Shown here piece after piece: positions 60,631 through 64,000 of a stretch of DNA of 64,000 bases. The stretch is from Psammoneis japonica. Taxonomy: Eukaryota. The position numbers and the translations under genes were made by a program. The notes beneath the pieces were generated by a model. That model was not told where the DNA came from. It saw nothing but the letters and a program-made list of their open reading frames with translations, and did not search any database. Location: NCBI GenBank assembly GCA_008632985.1, contig QPGO01000066.1, positions 265,771 to 329,770 on the forward strand, given 5' to 3'. Within the stretch, counting starts at the first letter, position 1, and every line of letters begins with the position of its first letter.

Positions 60631-62285
60631 ATGGTCTTGAGCAGCTACTTAAACAGTTCACTGCGTAGAGCTTCTTCCTCTTCCAGTAGTGCCACGAAAT
60701 GCGTGCGCTTCCTATCATCTTCTGCTGGACGAGGTCACAAGAAACCTTCGTCGTTTGCTACAAAGTGCGCCTCTCTCTATCGTCCAAGTGCCGGTGCCGA
60801 TCAAGGACTCGCACCACCCGTCTACTTTGGAACCACGTTTACGTTAAACGATGCAGCCCACGGTGCGAGACTTCACGAGAAACGAGAAGGCCCTTATACG
60901 GATCAAGACGGCTTTGTTTATTCGCGCTGGGGTAACCCGACGAATGAGGCTTGCAGTCGCCAAATTGCAGCCCTGGAGGGGATTGACGACAATTCAGGAG
61001 GAGGAACGTTGCTCTTTTCCTCTGGAATGTCGGCCATTACTTCCTCTCTCATGTCGGTACTGAGGGAAGGAGATCATGCTGTATTCCCCTATACTGTTTA
61101 TGGCGGCACTCACGAATTCCTAAAGGAATTTGCCGTTCATTGGGGAGTCGAAATTGACTTTGTGGACGCAGCCGGACCCTACGGACCAGCTGCCTACAAG
61201 GCTGCCTTTCGCGATAACACCCGTGTGGTGTACACGGAAACGCCAGCGAATCCGACTTGTCGCCTCACGGATCTTGCCGGGGTTTCCGCTGTCGTGGATG
61301 AAGCATTCGGAACGGCCAGCACGGACGACACGGGTCGTGATTCCACCAAACGCCACCGCCCCTGGATCATGTGCGACGGTACATTTGCTACCCCCTACCA
61401 CCAACGCCCCTTGGATATTCCCGGTGTGGATGTGTCTATTCATTCCGCTACGAAGTATCTATCGGGCCATTCCGACGTGTTGGCGGGTGCCGTATCGTCC
61501 AACTCGGAAGCCTTTATGCACGGGCTTTCCAAAGTCAAAAAGCTTATCACGGCGCCTCTTAATCCAATGGACTCATTTCTCTTGACGCGTGGAATTCGTA
61601 CTCTGGATGTAAGGATGCAGAGGCACGGTGAAAACGCGATCCGAGTTGCAAGGTAAGAACATTACAACAAGAATGTAAACACGTCCACCGATCCTCCATC
61701 AATCCTAACAATACTTGACTTTCTCTGCCTGTCTCCTTTCGAAGATTGCTAGAGAGCCATCCTGCTGTAGCAGAGTGTTACTACCCAGGCCTAGAATCAC
61801 ACCCGGATCGTGATATTGCTGACGCTGCCTTTCGATCGGGACGTGAAGATGACGATGCTGAAGATGCCCTTACAACGCAAACATATGGTGGAATGATTGC
61901 CTTTATTGTACACGGAGAGGGAGATGAAGCTCTAAGACGTGCTCGAAGTAAGAAGTTGCCTTGCTGGTGATCATCATGTCTCTTGAGACGCATCTAGTTA
62001 CTCAAACGTTTTTCTCATTTTTGTTTCTCAGATGTATGCGAGCGACTCCGTGTGGTTAACTTGGCCGTTTCATTGGGCTCAGTGGAGTCGCTATGTGAGC
62101 ATCCTGCGTCAATGACTCATGCAATGGTCCCAAGGGAAGATCGGCTAGCTGGAGGTCTACATGATGGGCTCATTCGTATTAGTGTAGGTCTTGAACGAGC
62201 CCAGGATCTCGTGGAAGATCTTCAAAACGCTCTCGACCTGTGTGACGAGGACGACATGGACACTGATGAACGTCTACAGGCTTGA
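60631..62285 (+). CDS. PLP-dependent Cys/Met metabolism enzyme (methionine gamma-lyase / cystathionine gamma-lyase family), likely mitochondrial
   Basis: YSRWGNPT, FSSGMSAI, YGGT, ETPANPT, HSATKYLSGHSDV, AVSLGSVESL.EHPASMTH. Exons 60631-61652, 61745-61947 and 62032-62285. Ser/Arg-rich transit peptide. Confidence 0.93.
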
Positions 62286-63399
62286 TACTTTGCATATATT
62301 CAAGGTAAATCCATAGATAGCTTTCCTAAAGTACACGTACAATAATTATTTTGATAGGCTAGTTCATAGAGCACCTGCGCGGTAACAGGGCTGACTCTAG
62401 AACTGAAGAAAGGCAGCGCCTTTGTGAATCCTACGATTCTCCTGGAGGGACTTAGCACTGCTGAAAGGGATCTACTCCAATCGGTGTAGCCACTGGGTAG
62501 AGCAATGGCTCCCAGCAACTGACACCTGCAACATTAGCAGCCCCATTCGCCTGAAACACAAGACCACTGCGGCATCCCTTGGAGGCACACAAGTGGGCTG
62601 CTGCGGACCGGCAGGGGTCTGAGGAAGTGTGACAGATGGAGTTGCAGTGTCCATGCCTTGCCGTTAGCTCGGCCATTGGCACATCCCCGCACCACCAGTC
62701 AAATGGGAAGCACGCAACATCAACCTCAGGCACAGATTTGGGGAACCACCCGCGACAAGTGACAACAAGATGTGTAGTTTGAGCCATGTTTCTGCATGCA
62801 ATGCTGGTGTGTCTTGGATGTGCAGCATTGATCCATAGCTCCGCCACAGTCGGTGTGCGGCGCCTGGAACATCGGATTGAGCGAAGATCGTGGCACCAGG
62901 TGGAAGGCTGTTGTGGCCGCACACGAGCATGCAATGGTTTCTTGAACCAGCTGCTGGGGGATGCCAAATGCCAACTTCCTCTGTCCCTCTGGCAGCATTT
63001 CGGAGCACGCTCCATGCATTGCAGTGAGACAGTCCGCACCCGTGGCGGCAGAGAGGGAGTTGCAACCGTTGTCGTGGTGCCACAGTCCGTTGAAACTCAC
63101 GAGTCTTCTCATGATCAAGGATGTTGAACGGATCTCGTTGACTGCAGAATTCCCAACCATGCACGCAGCGCATCTGCTGTTTTTGGTCGAGCCTGCGCCA
63201 AGGTGCTTGCTCAGGCACACAACCTCTTGCATCCATTTCTTCTCGTCAATGCCAGTTGCCTTCTCGATTCTCTCCAAGGCAGCTTCAACTGCACTGCAGC
63301 GATTCGAAGTGATGTGGCACTTCCACCTGCATCTGAGAATGTTGAGGCCTTTTGAAAGCCATCCGCCGACTCCTCTCCATGCCGACATGAAGAGGCCCT

Positions 63400-63994
63400 C
63401 GATTGCCTTGATTGAATGCACTGCAACTGAAGAGGCAAATCCCAAGCCGGGGGCGGGAATGCACACGCCACCATTGCCTGTCGAGGGTGTTCCAAGGATC
63501 TCACAGCGGCAGAATGTTAAGCTGAAGCATGCAATGGCAGCAGATCCAGCTGCTTGGGCAAATTTATCGTGTGCGACGGCGTCAATGGCCGCTGGCATGT
63601 CACGGATGACTGCATGGTCGCAATCGCATGAAAACTTGCCCTTGGATTTGCAGCAGAGGTCACGCATCATGCAAACCCTGTCAACGGCGTTGTCAGGTTC
63701 TGGTTTGTTTAACTCGTCCCCACCATGCCCCAGGCCACACCATTTGCCACACGTGATGAGATCCCCAATCCCGTCGACCCCACCTGCAGGTGGCACCTTG
63801 AAATGGGTTTGTTTGGCAGGGCATGCACTGCTGTCCGGGCCGCCTGAAGCATCTCCAACCGCCACAGCTGCGGCATGCCTGGCCTCACACTGCTCGGGTG
63901 AGAGAGGAAGCACTGCAACCGGTTCGTCCATGGCGTTCGCAGAAATGGCTGGTTCGTCCACGGCGTTTGCAGAACCCTCCGGCAAACCTCTCAA
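63400..63994 (-). pseudogene. TpA-erased secretory phospholipase A2-like gene remnant
   Basis: CGKWCGLGHGG...PDNAVDRVCMMRDLCC...CDCD corresponds to the sPLA2 pattern YGKWCG.GY.G...D..D.CC..HD.CY with Tyr->Cys/His. 30-bp tandem repeat near 63920-63975. The 5' end probably lies beyond the window. Confidence 0.75.
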
Positions 63995-64000
63995 ATGGCG

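Noticed and set aside
62452..63400. Downstream part of the 422-aa ORF as PLA2 gene continuation
   Set aside because: No recognisable similarity. The open frame is expected from stop depletion.

Overview
This is eukaryotic nuclear DNA, most likely from a pennate diatom. That is inferred from short GT-AG introns, an HA-domain gene, an ASAFAP-like plastid presequence and a diatom-type 4-TM gene. The window is a mosaic of two sharply bounded compartments. (1) Normal gene islands hold about 13 genes: HA-domain, HNH-like, two copper-monooxygenase-like/DOMON, a TM-EGF-LNR protein, glutathionyl-hydroquinone reductase, GNAT, 4-TM, eIF2B-alpha, GON4L/DUO3-like Myb, TIR-like, a plastid-targeted protein and a Met/Cys gamma-lyase. 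(2) Transposon and pseudogene tracts (about 1-18.5k, 21.6-26.8k, 29.6-33.0k, 36.3-42.5k, 46.1-46.5k, 62.5-64k) have lost almost all TpA dinucleotides. Intact-versus-decayed copy pairs inside the window show TpA->TpG or TpA->CpA (A:T->G:C on either strand), acting ahead of ordinary CpG->TpG/CpA decay and tending to spare TAA/TTA/TTAA. This resembles a heterochromatin-restricted 'reverse-RIP' hypermutation process and is the main finding; I know of no description of it but could not search the literature. The decayed tracts contain an internally deleted Ngaro-type tyrosine-recombinase retroelement, a hAT element with its empty site nearby, TTAA-flanked TIR elements, a GAC-terminal MITE family with 4-bp TSDs, and decayed fragments of neighbouring genes. 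Most short Tyr-free, Cys/His-rich ORFs in the track are artefacts of TAA/TAG loss. All alignments and counts were done by eye.
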